Of a stretch of 64,000 bases of DNA, positions 52,123 to 64,000 are shown piece after piece. Source of the stretch: the human T2T-CHM13v2.0 reference genome, Homo sapiens; NCBI RefSeq assembly GCF_009914755.1, contig NC_060931.1; one strand, 5' to 3'. How positions within the stretch are numbered: the stretch's first letter is position 1; each line of letters begins with the position of its first letter. The translations under genes were made by a program, and so were the position numbers. The notes under the pieces are model-generated. The model made no database searches. It was not told the DNA's origin and worked only from the letters and a program-made list of their open reading frames with translations.

Positions 52123-53931
52123 TTATCAGAAATACAAGTCAGCCAGGTGTGCTGGTGCACACCTGTAGTCTCAGGTACTTGGGAGGCTGAGGCACGAGAA
52201 TCACTTTAACCCAGGAGGTGGAGGTTGCAGTGAGCCTAGATCCCACCACTGCCTGGGCGACAGAGTGAGACCCTGTCTCAAAAAGTGAAAAATTAAAAAA
52301 TAAAAACGCTGTCAGTTACTGTGACCATTACTATATTACACTTTTTTTTTTCATAAAAGACATTTTAGCATGAAAAGCAGGAAGGACACCACAAACTAAA
52401 GACTTTGGGAACATCTAGTCTACGCCCCTCAGTCCTGAGGAAACTTGTCCCTGAAGGTGGAGTAGGCTGCTGAGAATTCCCAGTGGGTCTGTACTGCTTG
52501 GCCCACCAGACTCTCCTGCTCAGAACAGTGTTCTTTCTAACGCTTCAATTGTTATTATGGTTTAAAAATCAAAACTTTTGGTTTAATGATTATTTTGAGC
52601 CCTTGGATATTCTGCTACTTTTTTAAAAAGCATTATTTGAGCCCATCGAATTCACAGATTTCTAATACGTAGATTACTTCTGGAATTGGGAAGAGTCAGA
52701 GGATGCTAATATGACGACAGGGTTGGCCAGGCTGGGTGACGGCTGTGGGTCCTCAGCGGGCCCACGTGGCCCTGAAGGTGCAGTGTTGGCCAGAGTGACA
52801 GGTGAGGCATCTGGTCCTGAGGACTAAGGCTCAGGAAGCCGACTTTGTCATGGCCCTCCTGGTTGTGGTAACGCAGGTTTTGTGCTTTATGAGAAGAGCT
52901 GCCCTTCAGGGTCATTGTGCAAGACCGTAGGTGACTGTATCAGTTCTTTCCAGAAGGGCCAAGTCTTCCAAGGAGCAGGCCAGAGGTGGCCTGGAGTCCC
53001 TGTCTTGCTTTATTACTTTTTTGGTACAGATTAGCTTCTCAAACTGTAATCATCCTTTCAGTTTAATGTTTCAGCTGATCCAGGATTTTAACTCTAAATG
53101 TCTTTTTTGGCTCATTAACTATTCTTTCTCTTTCTATTTGCTATTTAGTGTTGAGAATTGTTCTCTTCTGTTTTTCCTGGAGACCGCTTGGGAATCCATG
53201 AGCCACGTGTAACCGATGCTTGGGCTGAGAGTGATCAAGGCGTTGTGTCTTCATGGTGTAGTTACTTCATTTATTTCCTTCCTACGTGTGGGCAGTTTCT
53301 CCTAGACTAGACGCTTTGAGCTTGTGGGAAGGAGTACCCAATTTGTGTAAAAGTTGAGCTTTTTATTGCAGCCTTATAAATTCAGATCAGGCTTGTCAGG
53401 CTATTTAATTGTATGGTAAGTGCTTTAGAAGTTACCCTAGGATTTGACTAGTTTCCATAGCAGGGTGTCCGGCACTGCAGTGACTGGCAACTGCCTTTTT
53501 CCCTTTTTTTTCTCTTGTTCGTCTCAATTTTAGCATCGTTGAAAATAAAACGGCGATTATTTTTTAAGGCAGTATTTTCAATATTTCCTTTTTTTTTTTG
53601 AGACAGAGTCTCATTCTCTTGCTCAGACTGGAGTGCAATGGCTCACCGCAGCCTCTGCCTCCCCGCTTCAAGCGATTTTCCTGCCTCAGCCTCCCAAGTA
53701 GCTGGGATTATAAGCATGTGCCACCATGCCTGGCTACTTTTTGTATTTTTAATACAGACGGGGTTTTGCCTTGTTGGCCAGGCTGGTCTCGAACTCCTGG
53801 CCTCATGTGATTTGCCTTCCTTGGCTTCCAAAAATGCTGGGATTACAGGCGTGAGCCACCATGCTGGGTCAGTTTTCAATATTTCCGAAAGTGTTTTTTT
53901 GAGACGGAGTCTTGCTCTGTCGCTGGAGTGA

Positions 53932-54303
<372 letters not shown>

Positions 54304-54641
54304 TGAGCCTGGCCGTGTTCTAAATTCTGACACGTGATGCTTTCCAGCAGCCCTGCGAGGCATTTCATCACATCAAGAACAGCTTCACCTACCACTAAGA
54401 AAAAAATACTGTTATTTAATCTCAGTGGGGGTGGCAGCTCCCACCTGTAGTCCCTGCTACTTGGGAGGCTGAGGCAGGAGGATTGCTAGAGCCCAGGAGT
54501 TCCAGGCTAGCCTGGGCAGCATAACAAGACCCTGTCTCTTTACAAAGAAAAAAAAAAGTTGTTTCAGGAGCTTGTATATTCTCCAGTCTCCTAGTTTAAG
54601 TGCCGGTCTCTGCCCTGATAGTGTTTTTCAAAAAGGCTCTT

Positions 54642-55398
54642 TGTGATATAATTAAGAAATGTGTATTTGGGCTCTGCCTGGCTCTTGGCACTCAGCGTCT
54701 AAACCCTTGTAATTTCCAAAGTGGTAAGTGTCTTTTTGTAGACGAGGACTTGATTGATGGCTGGGGCTCCTTGCCAGGGAACCAACCACGTGATTAGAGG
54801 GTGGGACCTTTTAGGTCTCCCCCTGCCACCCAGAAGGAAGAGGGCTGAAAGTTGAGTTGATCACCGGTGCTCAGTGATGTCATTAATCACGCCTCTATAA
54901 TGAGATCTTCATAGAAACCCAAAAGGACCAGGTTCAGGGGCTCCATGCAGCGGAACAGGTGGAGGCTTCTGCAGGGTGGTGGCCTGGAGAGCACAGGGAG
55001 GCTCTGCGCTTGTCCTCCATCTGCCTTTTTGTCTATATCCTCTGTAACGTCCGTTATAATAAGCTGGCAAACCTAGCTCTCTGAATTCTGTAAGCTGCTG
55101 CAGTAAATTAATGGAACCCAAGAAGCGAGGGATAGTGGGAGCCCTGCTTTGTAGCCTGTCGGTCAGAACCGGAGGTGACAGCCCACTACTTGCGACTGCC
55201 ATCTGAAATGGGGGCCAGTCTTTGGGGCTGAGCCTTCAGCCTGTGGGATCTGATGCTAATTCCTGGTAGATAGTGTCTGAATTGGATTAAGTTAGAGGAC
55301 ACCCAGCTGGTGGCCCCTGGAGAACTGCTTGATGCGACACCCACGTCCGGTGTCAGGCGTTGTGTTGAGTGTTACGTGAGTAGGAAAGACACTGTCAC
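54642..55398 (+). mobile_element. MER21C/B-like ERVL LTR in EIF3B intron 1
   Basis: Starts TGTGATATAATTAAGAAAT; internal ACCAACCACGTGATTAGAGGG and GAGGACACCCAGCTGGTG; shares segments with the LTR at 24910-26299. The 3' end is approximate. Confidence 0.8.
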
Positions 55399-56195
55399 AT
55401 CCCTGTCTCCTGCAGTTCAGTTGTTTATCCTTAGAGCTTTTTAACCTAAGGAATATTGGGTAAAGATTGTTCTGAACGAAGGTGCGTGGTGGTGGGCTCT
55501 GCAGCGGAGAGAGGTGGGGAAGCTCACCCCAGACGCGCTTCCTCTTTGGGTTTTTTCCCCATCCCCTGTGAATGGCCATCCAGTTCACGGCCTGAAAACA
55601 TGAAAATCACTGGGAACAGGAGGTGGGAGAAGAGTTACTACTTTCATCCCAGTTCACTCGAGAGAGGGTTCCTCCTTGAATAATTTCTGGTAATTTGTAT
55701 TCACAGCACAAATGTGCTGTGAATATATTGAGCATTTAAATATTTACTTGTTTGCTAAAATCTTCTGTAAAAAGTCAGTTTTCATTGACATTGGGATGGG
55801 ATTCTGCCTGCCTAGATGTTGCAACAAACCTTTCAAAATCTAGGCATCTCTGGAAGATCTAATAGTGGATATTCTTGAGATGGTCTTCTTCATTTGCATT
55901 GTGCATTGTTAAAAGCTTTTCACTGTTATTCTCCTGTAGTCTTTGGTTATTACCAGAACTTAATTGACCTGTCTTGACTGTTTACATTTCCATCAAAGGG
56001 AGAGAGGAGAGTTCCAGTCCCCCCAGCTGTCATGTTTAAAATCTGAAACAAGCTAGGGTTAGGATTTCTTTTGCTCACAGTGAAAGCATTTAGACAATTC
56101 ATTGTCTCTTCTTGAAGACTTGTTTAGTGTGCTCAGTTAATGTATTAATGTTTTTCCTGGTAAAAATGATCATTTGAAAAATCTCTCTTGTTCAG

Positions 56196-56388
56196 AATTA
56201 CTGGGAGATGTACTCAAAGATCGGCCCCAGGAAGCAGATGGAATCGATTCGGTGATTGTAGTGGACAATGTCCCTCAGGTGGGACCCGACCGACTTGAGA
56301 AACTCAAAAATGTCATCCACAAGATCTTTTCCAAGTTTGGGAAAATCACAAATGATTTTTATCCTGAAGAGGATGGGAAGACAAAAGG
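56196..56388 (+). CDS. EIF3B: EIF3B exon 2 (start of RRM)
   Basis: Acceptor [73 protein letters not shown]. Donor GG|GTGAGT, 193 nt. Confidence 0.97.
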
Positions 56389-56908
56389 GTGAGTGTTCTC
56401 CTGTTGGAGAAGTATCATCTGTGTCTGGCACGTCATGATGAGGGAGTGTTGCAGGAGATCCTTACTAACACAGCTCCTGCCTTGCCCAGGCACGTGGGCC
56501 GTTCACTTCTTCAGGCCGCCCTCAGCTGGAAGCTATCCAGAGCAGTGAATGAGAAGATGATAAAGTTTGTTTTTTTAAGTTAAGGTTTTAAAGTTTTTAA
56601 AATTATCTAGAATAGGCCAGCATGGTGGCTTATGCATAAACTCCCAACACTCTTGAAGCCTGAGGCCAGGAGTTGGAGGCTGCAGTGAGCTATGATAACG
56701 TAGCTGTACTCCAGTCTGGGTGACAGAGCAAGACTCTGTCTCTAAAATAAATAAATAAAGTAAAAACTAACTAGAATAGTTTTAGTTTCTAGAATTATCA
56801 AATACAGGTAATGCTGCTGCATTTTCTGTGTTGGGCAGTCAGTTGAAGGATGGCCTCTTGACCCTCAGTTACTCGTGTTATAATGAAACATTCTCTGAGG
56901 TTCTTTCT

Positions 56909-57204
56909 TTCTTTCTTTTTTTTGAGTCGGAGTCTCGCTCTGTCGCCCAGGCTGGAGTGCAGTGTCGCAATCTCGGCTCACTGAAAGCTCCGCCTCCCAG
57001 GTTCACACTATTCTCCCGCCTCAGCCTCCCTAGTAGCTGGGACTACTGGCGCCCGCTACCACGCCCGGCTAATTTTTTGTATTTTTAGTAGAGACGGGGT
57101 TTCACCATGTTAGCCAGAATGGTCTCGATCTCCTGACCTTGTGATCCACCCGCCTCGGCCTCCCAAAGTGCTGGGATTACAGGCCTGAGCCACCGCGCCC
57201 GGCC
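56909..57204 (-). mobile_element. AluY in EIF3B intron 2
   Basis: TSD TCTCTGAG(G/C)TTCTTTCT on both sides. Confidence 0.85.
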
Positions 57205-57248
57205 TCTCTGAGCTTCTTTCTAATCTTGCCTGTAATACACAATATTAG

Positions 57249-57682
<434 letters not shown>

Positions 57683-58130
57683 TGATCTGCCCACCTTGGC
57701 CTCCCAAAGTGCTGGGATTACAGGTGTGAACCATTGCGCCCAGCCAAGATTTTTTTTTAAACAGCTTTATTGAGATAATTGATATACAGTAAATCTGCAT
57801 AGTTTTAAAGCGTACAATTTAATACATTTTGATGTGTACATATCACGAAACCATCGCCACAGTCAAAATAATGGACGTTTTGATTAACTTTTCTATAATT
57901 ATGATAATGAAACTAGAGACTTCGGATCTTCTGGTTAGGATTTCCCTGTCACTTAGGAGCTCCCTGGCTGTGGATCTGTCCCCCGTGTGACTGCCTTAGG
58001 CTCGAGGCAGGAAGAGCAGCACAGATACTCCTGGCACCGAGGGCTTGTCCGTGGAGAGGGGTGGGGCGGACAGCGCATACCTGCCTAGCCTTACAGTGTG
58101 GGTATGTGCCAACGGCCCTCTCTCACTCAG

Positions 58131-58250
58131 GTATATTTTCCTGGAGTACGCGTCCCCTGCCCACGCTGTGGATGCTGTGAAGAACGCCGACGGCTACAAG
58201 CTTGACAAGCAGCACACATTCCGGGTCAACCTCTTTACGGATTTTGACAA
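58131..58250 (+). CDS. EIF3B: EIF3B exon 3 (RRM RNP1 and C-terminal half)
   Basis: Acceptor CTCACTCAG. (G)[39 protein letters not shown](K). Donor AA|GTGAGT, 120 nt. Confidence 0.97.
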
Positions 58251-58555
58251 GTGAGTTCAGACTTGGCCACAAGGAAGTGGACGTTGACGTGCAAGTGACT
58301 GGCTGTGTGCGGGTGGCTTGGTGCTTCTCGGTGCTGGTGTCTGTCAGATTGTTCACATCCTTTCTGGTCAGGCTGCCGCAGAGCCATTTCACAGCCCTGC
58401 CCCACACTTCTGGCCTACAGCACCCCTCCCTGTTATGCCAGTCACAGCCCTGGGGGCGGGCAGGCAGGAGCACAGCAGGGCCATGCTGGAGCCCCCACGA
58501 GTTGCTCTTTCTAGTCGTCAGGGCGTGGGGCTCAGCAGTCTCCTTTCTTCTCCAG

Positions 58556-58613
58556 GTATATGACGATCAGTGACGAGTGGGATATTCCAGAGAAACAGCC
58601 TTTCAAAGACCTG
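58556..58613 (+). CDS. EIF3B: EIF3B exon 4
   Basis: Acceptor CTTCTCCAG. (K)[19 protein letters not shown]. Donor CTG|GTGAGT, 58 nt, restores phase 0. Confidence 0.95.
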
Positions 58614-59117
58614 GTGAGTGGCCTGAAACCTACATCTCAGTGGTTTAAAGAAATGCTGCTGGGTGTGGTGGGTCACACCTGCAATCCCAGCACTTAGGGA
58701 GGCTGAGGTGGGAGGATCGCTTAAGCCCAGGAATTCAAGACCAGCCTGGGCAACAAAGTGAGACCCCCGCCTCTACAAAAAGTAAATAAATACATACATT
58801 AGCTGGGCCTGGCATGCACCTGTATTCCCAGCTACCTGGGAGGCTGAGGGGGGAGGATCACTTGAGCCTGGGAGGTTGAGCCTGGGAGGTTGAGGCTGCC
58901 GTGAGCTATGATTGTGCCACTGGACTCCAGCCTGGGCAACAGCGTGACTCTGTCTCAAAAAAAAAAGAAATGCTAGACGGTGTCTTGACTTGAGGTTAGG
59001 GTGTGACTTGGGAGTTAAGATGTGGACTGAACTTGTCATATCTTTAAGAGCAATAGTTGTGAATGAGTTTTTTATTAAAATTAATGAAATGTTATATTCC
59101 TTGTCTTTGTTTTTAAG

Positions 59118-59246
59118 GGGAACTTACGTTACTGGCTTGAAGAGGCAGAATGCAGAGATCAGTACAGTGTGATTTTTGAGAGTGGAGACCGCACTTCCAT
59201 ATTCTGGAATGACGTAAAAGACCCTGTCTCAATTGAAGAAAGAGCG
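59118..59246 (+). CDS. EIF3B: EIF3B exon 5
   Basis: Acceptor [51 protein letters not shown]. Donor GCG|GTGTGT, 129 nt. Confidence 0.95.
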
Positions 59247-59465
59247 GTGTGTATTTGCTGCTGCTGGGGGCGGGGACTCACCTCTCCTGTATTTCCTTAA
59301 CAAAGTGGAACTTTGTTTCTATCAGAAAACTGGAAGAGCAGGTGACGTTATATTTTCTTTGAGATTACTTTCTGAAAACAACTTCTTTTATTCCTCTTCC
59401 AGCTTTGAAGTAAATCCTGAGAAGTGAACAGGCTTTGTGTATTTCACTTAAGAGTTTGCAGAATA

Positions 59466-59757
<292 letters not shown>

Positions 59758-59857
59758 AGTTTGTAGAACAGATTCATTGTAGGATAAATTCATTGTAGGA
59801 GGGGTCTTTGTGTTTGCCATTTTGTTGTATTAACGTTGGCACTGCCTTTTTCTGCAG

Positions 59858-60015
59858 AGATGGACAGAGACGTATGTGCGTTGGTCTCCTAAGGGCACCT
59901 ACCTGGCTACCTTTCATCAAAGAGGCATTGCTCTATGGGGGGGAGAGAAATTCAAGCAAATTCAGAGATTCAGCCACCAAGGGGTTCAGCTTATTGACTT
60001 CTCACCTTGTGAAAG
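59858..60015 (+). CDS. EIF3B: EIF3B exon 6 (WD40/beta-propeller)
   Basis: Acceptor [61 protein letters not shown](R). Donor AG|GTAAGC, 158 nt. Confidence 0.97.
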
Positions 60016-60779
60016 GTAAGCTGCTAGAAAAACACAGGGGAGTCTATGCATTTCACCCCATGCCAGCCTTCTACAGGTGATCTTTCATTTTGTAGCATTT
60101 CAAACTTAGTAGAAAAATACGGGAGTATGCAGAACGCTAATAAGCTTTTTACTGAGATCTTCTCACATTTGGTTGCATTTACGTCATCATCTCCTATACA
60201 GATATTTTTTCCTGAGCCATTTGGGAGTGAGTTGAAATAACATGTCCCTTTAGCCCTGAATGTGTATTCCTAGAAATAGGATTTTGTTAGTGTGACCATA
60301 GTGTGTGTACTGACTTCAGGGATTTACCATTCATTTAATACTTCAATGTATTGCCATATTCTGATTTTGTTACTTGACCTAATAATGTTCTGTATAATAC
60401 TTACTTTCCTTCAGTTCAGGATCTAGTCTAAGGTCACGTATTTTACAGATAATAAATTGTCCTTCCTCTATCACCCAGGCTTGGCGCCACCCAGTGGCAC
60501 CATTGCAGGCTCATTGCAACCCCAGCCTCCCAGGTCAAGCGGTTCTCCCACCTCAGCCTTCCTGAGTAGCGGGGACCGCAGGCACACGCCATGACATATG
60601 GCTAATTTTATTTTTTGTAGAGATGGGGGTCTCACTTTGTTGTACAAGGTAGTCTTGAACCCCTGGGCTCAAGTGATCTCCTGCCTTGACCTCCCAGAGT
60701 GCTGGGATTACAGGCGTGAGCCACCGCACCTGGCCGAGCCGTGATTTTTGATCTAGCTAATCCGGCTGTCGGAGGCCTG

Positions 60780-60932
60780 CTAGGGAAAGGGGCGGTTGTG
60801 GGAGGCAGTGTGAGGCGAGCTGGGGCCACTCTAGGGAAAGGGACAGTTGTGGAAGGCAGTGTGAGGCGAACGGGGGCCGCTCTAGGGAAAGGGGCAGTTG
60901 TGGAAGGCAGTGCGAGGCGAGCTGGGGCCGCT
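60780..60932. repeat. 51-bp G-rich minisatellite, 3 copies
   Basis: CTAGGGAAAGGGGCRGTTGTGGRAGGCAGTGYGAGGCGARCKGGGGCCRCT-like units starting at 60780, 60831 and 60882. Confidence 0.93.
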
Positions 60933-61014
60933 CTGTTTTCGCCCTCATGGGTTGTGTCTGCCTTCCCCTCTGGTGTTATAAGGGACCGTCTGTTACACAC
61001 TTTGTGTGAACTGA

Positions 61015-61451
<437 letters not shown>

Positions 61452-61801
61452 TGAGCCACTGCGCCCAGCCGTATTTTTTTAACTTGTTAGTCTTTATTAA
61501 ACATGGGTAAAGATAGAGTTCCACACTGCGCCACCCTCTGGATCACTTAGCAGCCTTGTGTGGGATCGGTGAGATCTTCTGTGCTGATCTTGGAGAAACC
61601 GGAGCGCCTGCAGCGTATTGACACCAGAATGAACAAGCGCCGCTGCTTCCCGCTTCCGCTTGGGTCTCTTGGGGCCGGGCAGTGTGGGGTTTGGGGAGAG
61701 AGCTGGTTCCGCGAGTTCTGACGGCGTGTTCTGGACGCACAGACAGACTGTGATCCTCTCGTGAGAGGAGGATAGTGTACAGTGTTGCCCTTCTCTTCTA
61801 G

Positions 61802-61933
61802 GTACCTGGTGACCTTTAGCCCCCTGATGGACACGCAGGATGACCCTCAGGCCATAATCATCTGGGACATCCTTACGGGGCACAAGAAGAGGGGTTTTCA
61901 CTGTGAGAGCTCAGCCCATTGGCCTATTTTTAA
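61802..61933 (+). CDS. EIF3B: EIF3B exon 7
   Basis: Acceptor CTCTTCTAG. (R)[43 protein letters not shown](K). Donor AA|GTAAGT, 132 nt. Confidence 0.97.
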
Positions 61934-62009
61934 GTAAGTGGACCATTGTAACGAGCTCTGTAGCCTTTGTCTTTTCATGGGAATACCCTGGCACTTTTGT
62001 TTTTCTTAG

Positions 62010-62076
62010 GTGGAGCCATGATGGCAAATTCTTTGCCAGAATGACCCTGGATACGCTTAGCATCTATGAAACTCCT
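62010..62076 (+). CDS. EIF3B: EIF3B exon 8
   Basis: Follows a 76-nt intron; acceptor TTTCTTAG. (K)WSHDGKFFARMTLDTLSIYETP. Donor CCT|GTAAGT, 67 nt. Confidence 0.96.
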
Positions 62077-62483
62077 GTAAGTGGCCTCAGTGATGGCAAA
62101 CGCCCCGTCCGGTCCTTGCTTGTAACCGGGGTGTGGTGCCTTTCCTTATTTGTGCTAGAAGAGGAGGAGGAGGTTTCACAGATGCATAGGAAAGGCCTGT
62201 CTCCTGTGCCTTTTTAACTGCCCCTGCTCTGGGCAGAGCTCTTCAGTCACTCCTGCCCACCTGGCGCAGCCGTGGGAAGTCCTGGATGGGAGTTAATGCA
62301 GTGGGCTTCAGAACTGCAGTTCTGGGTGGCGGGTGGGTGGATGGGTTCACTGTCACGCTCTGTGTGCACTGCCCCCTAGGCAAACTCACATCAGACTCTT
62401 GTTTCCTTTTGTAAAAAGTTAGGTGTGTTTCTGAGACACTGACATGATTTGACTCAACTGCAGCCTTCCTTTTTTTTGGGCAG

Positions 62484-62530
62484 TCTATGGGTCTTTTGGA
62501 CAAGAAGAGTTTGAAGATCTCTGGGATAAA
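62484..62530 (+). CDS. EIF3B: EIF3B exon 9
   Basis: Acceptor TTTTTGGGCAG. SMGLLDKKSLKISGI(K). Donor AA|GTGAGT, 47 nt. Cumulative CDS is 1403 nt with no in-frame stop. Confidence 0.95.
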
Positions 62531-62552
62531 GTGAGTATTCTTATCAGTTTGG

Positions 62553-62916
62553 TGTCTTAGTGTGTTCAGGCTGCTTAACACAATACCAAAAAAAAAAAAA
62601 AAACACAATACCATAGGCTGGGTGGCTTATGACAGCTGAGATTTCTTTCTCCCAGTTCTGGAGCTTGGGAGCTTGAGGTCAGGGTGCCTGCAGACTGTCT
62701 GGTGACGGCCCACCTCCCTCCTAGTGGACAGCCCCTCGGTCCAGCCTTCCCTGGAGGAAGGCCTCCGTGGCCTCTTCTGTAAAGTCTCTCATCTCATTCC
62801 CAAGGGCTTCCCCCTCAGGACCTCCCACCCCCCAAAAGGCCCCACCCCATGCCGTCACCCCAGGGGGTTAGAATTTCACCCTGTGAATCTGGGGGACACA
62901 GACGTGGTCCATTGCA
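62553..62916 (-). mobile_element. MaLR solo LTR (MLT1A/MST-like)
   Basis: TG...CA termini (TGTCTTAG...CCATTGCA), flanks TTTGG / GTTGG (5-bp TSD, one mismatch), internal GGCTGGGTGGCTTAT...CAGTTCTGGAG. Confidence 0.8.
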
Positions 62917-63302
62917 GTTGGTTTCCTTTATTTGCTGTCTCTCCTTTAGCACTCAGCTTTTTGTTGTTGTTGTTAGAGACAGAGTCTCGCTCCGTCAGGC
63001 TGGAGTGCAGTGATACGATCTTGGCTCGCTGCAACCTCCACCTCCTGGGTTCAAGTGATTCTTCTGCCTCAACCTCCCGAGTAGCTGGGACTACAGGCAT
63101 GTGCCACCAAGCCCGGCTAATTTTTGTATTTTTAGTAGGGATGGGGTTTCACCATGTTGGCTGGGCTGGTCTCAAACTCCTGACCTTGTGATCTGCCCGC
63201 CTCAGCCTCCCAAAGTGCTGAGATTACAGGCGTGAGCCACCATGCCCAGCCTGTCACTCAGTTCTTAACCAGTTGGAGAGAAAACGGTGAGTTTGTTCTT
63301 TT

Positions 63303-63333
<31 letters not shown>

Positions 63334-64000
63334 GAGGCAGAGTCTTACTCTGTCTTGCAGGCTGGTGTAGAGTGGCGAGATCTTGGCTCACTGCAATTTC
63401 CACCTCCTGGGTTCAAGTGATTCTCCTTGCCTTAGACTCCCAAGTAGCTGGGACTGCAGGTGCCTGCCACCATGCCTAGCTAATTTTTGTATTTTTAGTA
63501 GAGATGGGGTTTCACTGTGTTGGCCATGCTGGTCTCAGAACTCCTGACCTCAAGTGATCTGCCCACCTCAGCCTCCCAAAGTGCTGGGATTACTGGCGTG
63601 AGCCACCACACCCAGCCATTTTTAAATCTTTTTTGAGACAGAGTCTTACTCTGTTGCCCAGGCTGGAGTACAGTGGCGTGATCTCGGCTGACTGCAGCCT
63701 TCACCTCCCAGGTTCAAACGATTCTGGTGCTTCAGTCTCCTGAGTAGCTGGAATTACAGGCGCGCAACCACTACGCCCAGCTAATTTTTTGTATATTTTA
63801 GAAGAGTCGGGGTTTCACCATGTTGGCCAGGCTGGTCTCGAACTCCTGACCTCAAGTGATCCGCCTGCCCGCCTCAGCCTCTCAAAGTGCAGGGATTACA
63901 GGTGTGAGCCACCGCGCCCGGCCTAAGGTGAGTTTGTTCTGGACACAAGGATGGAGGCTTGAGTCAGTGGGCAGCAAGGCTGCTCAGCATTGGGCCCGCC

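Overview
Human (hominid) genomic DNA, recognisable as the SNX8-EIF3B locus (7p22.3 by recollection). SNX8 coding exon 1 lies on the minus strand (ATG 9918, donor at 9824), and its intron 1 fills 1-9824. EIF3B coding exons 1-9 lie on the plus strand from 50410 to 62530, with all splice phases consistent; the gene continues past the window. The two genes are head-to-head, each with a CpG-island promoter. The 40 kb between them is extremely Alu-dense (well over 100 Alu copies or fragments in the whole window by manual count), inserted into fragmented old L1, MaLR and MER21 elements. Almost all ORFs in the supplied track are Alu- or repeat-derived artefacts. I found no convincing new protein-coding gene or multi-gene system. 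The best second-look items are: (1) a 2-kb strand-asymmetric CATT/CACT/TGCATCCTG repeat next to the SNX8 promoter, probably expanded from an L2 tail; (2) candidate alternative first exons on both strands upstream of EIF3B; (3) shared CLEAR/E-box motifs at both promoters; (4) a weak EIF3B start context; (5) several template-switch, hairpin and poly(A)-only insertion scars.
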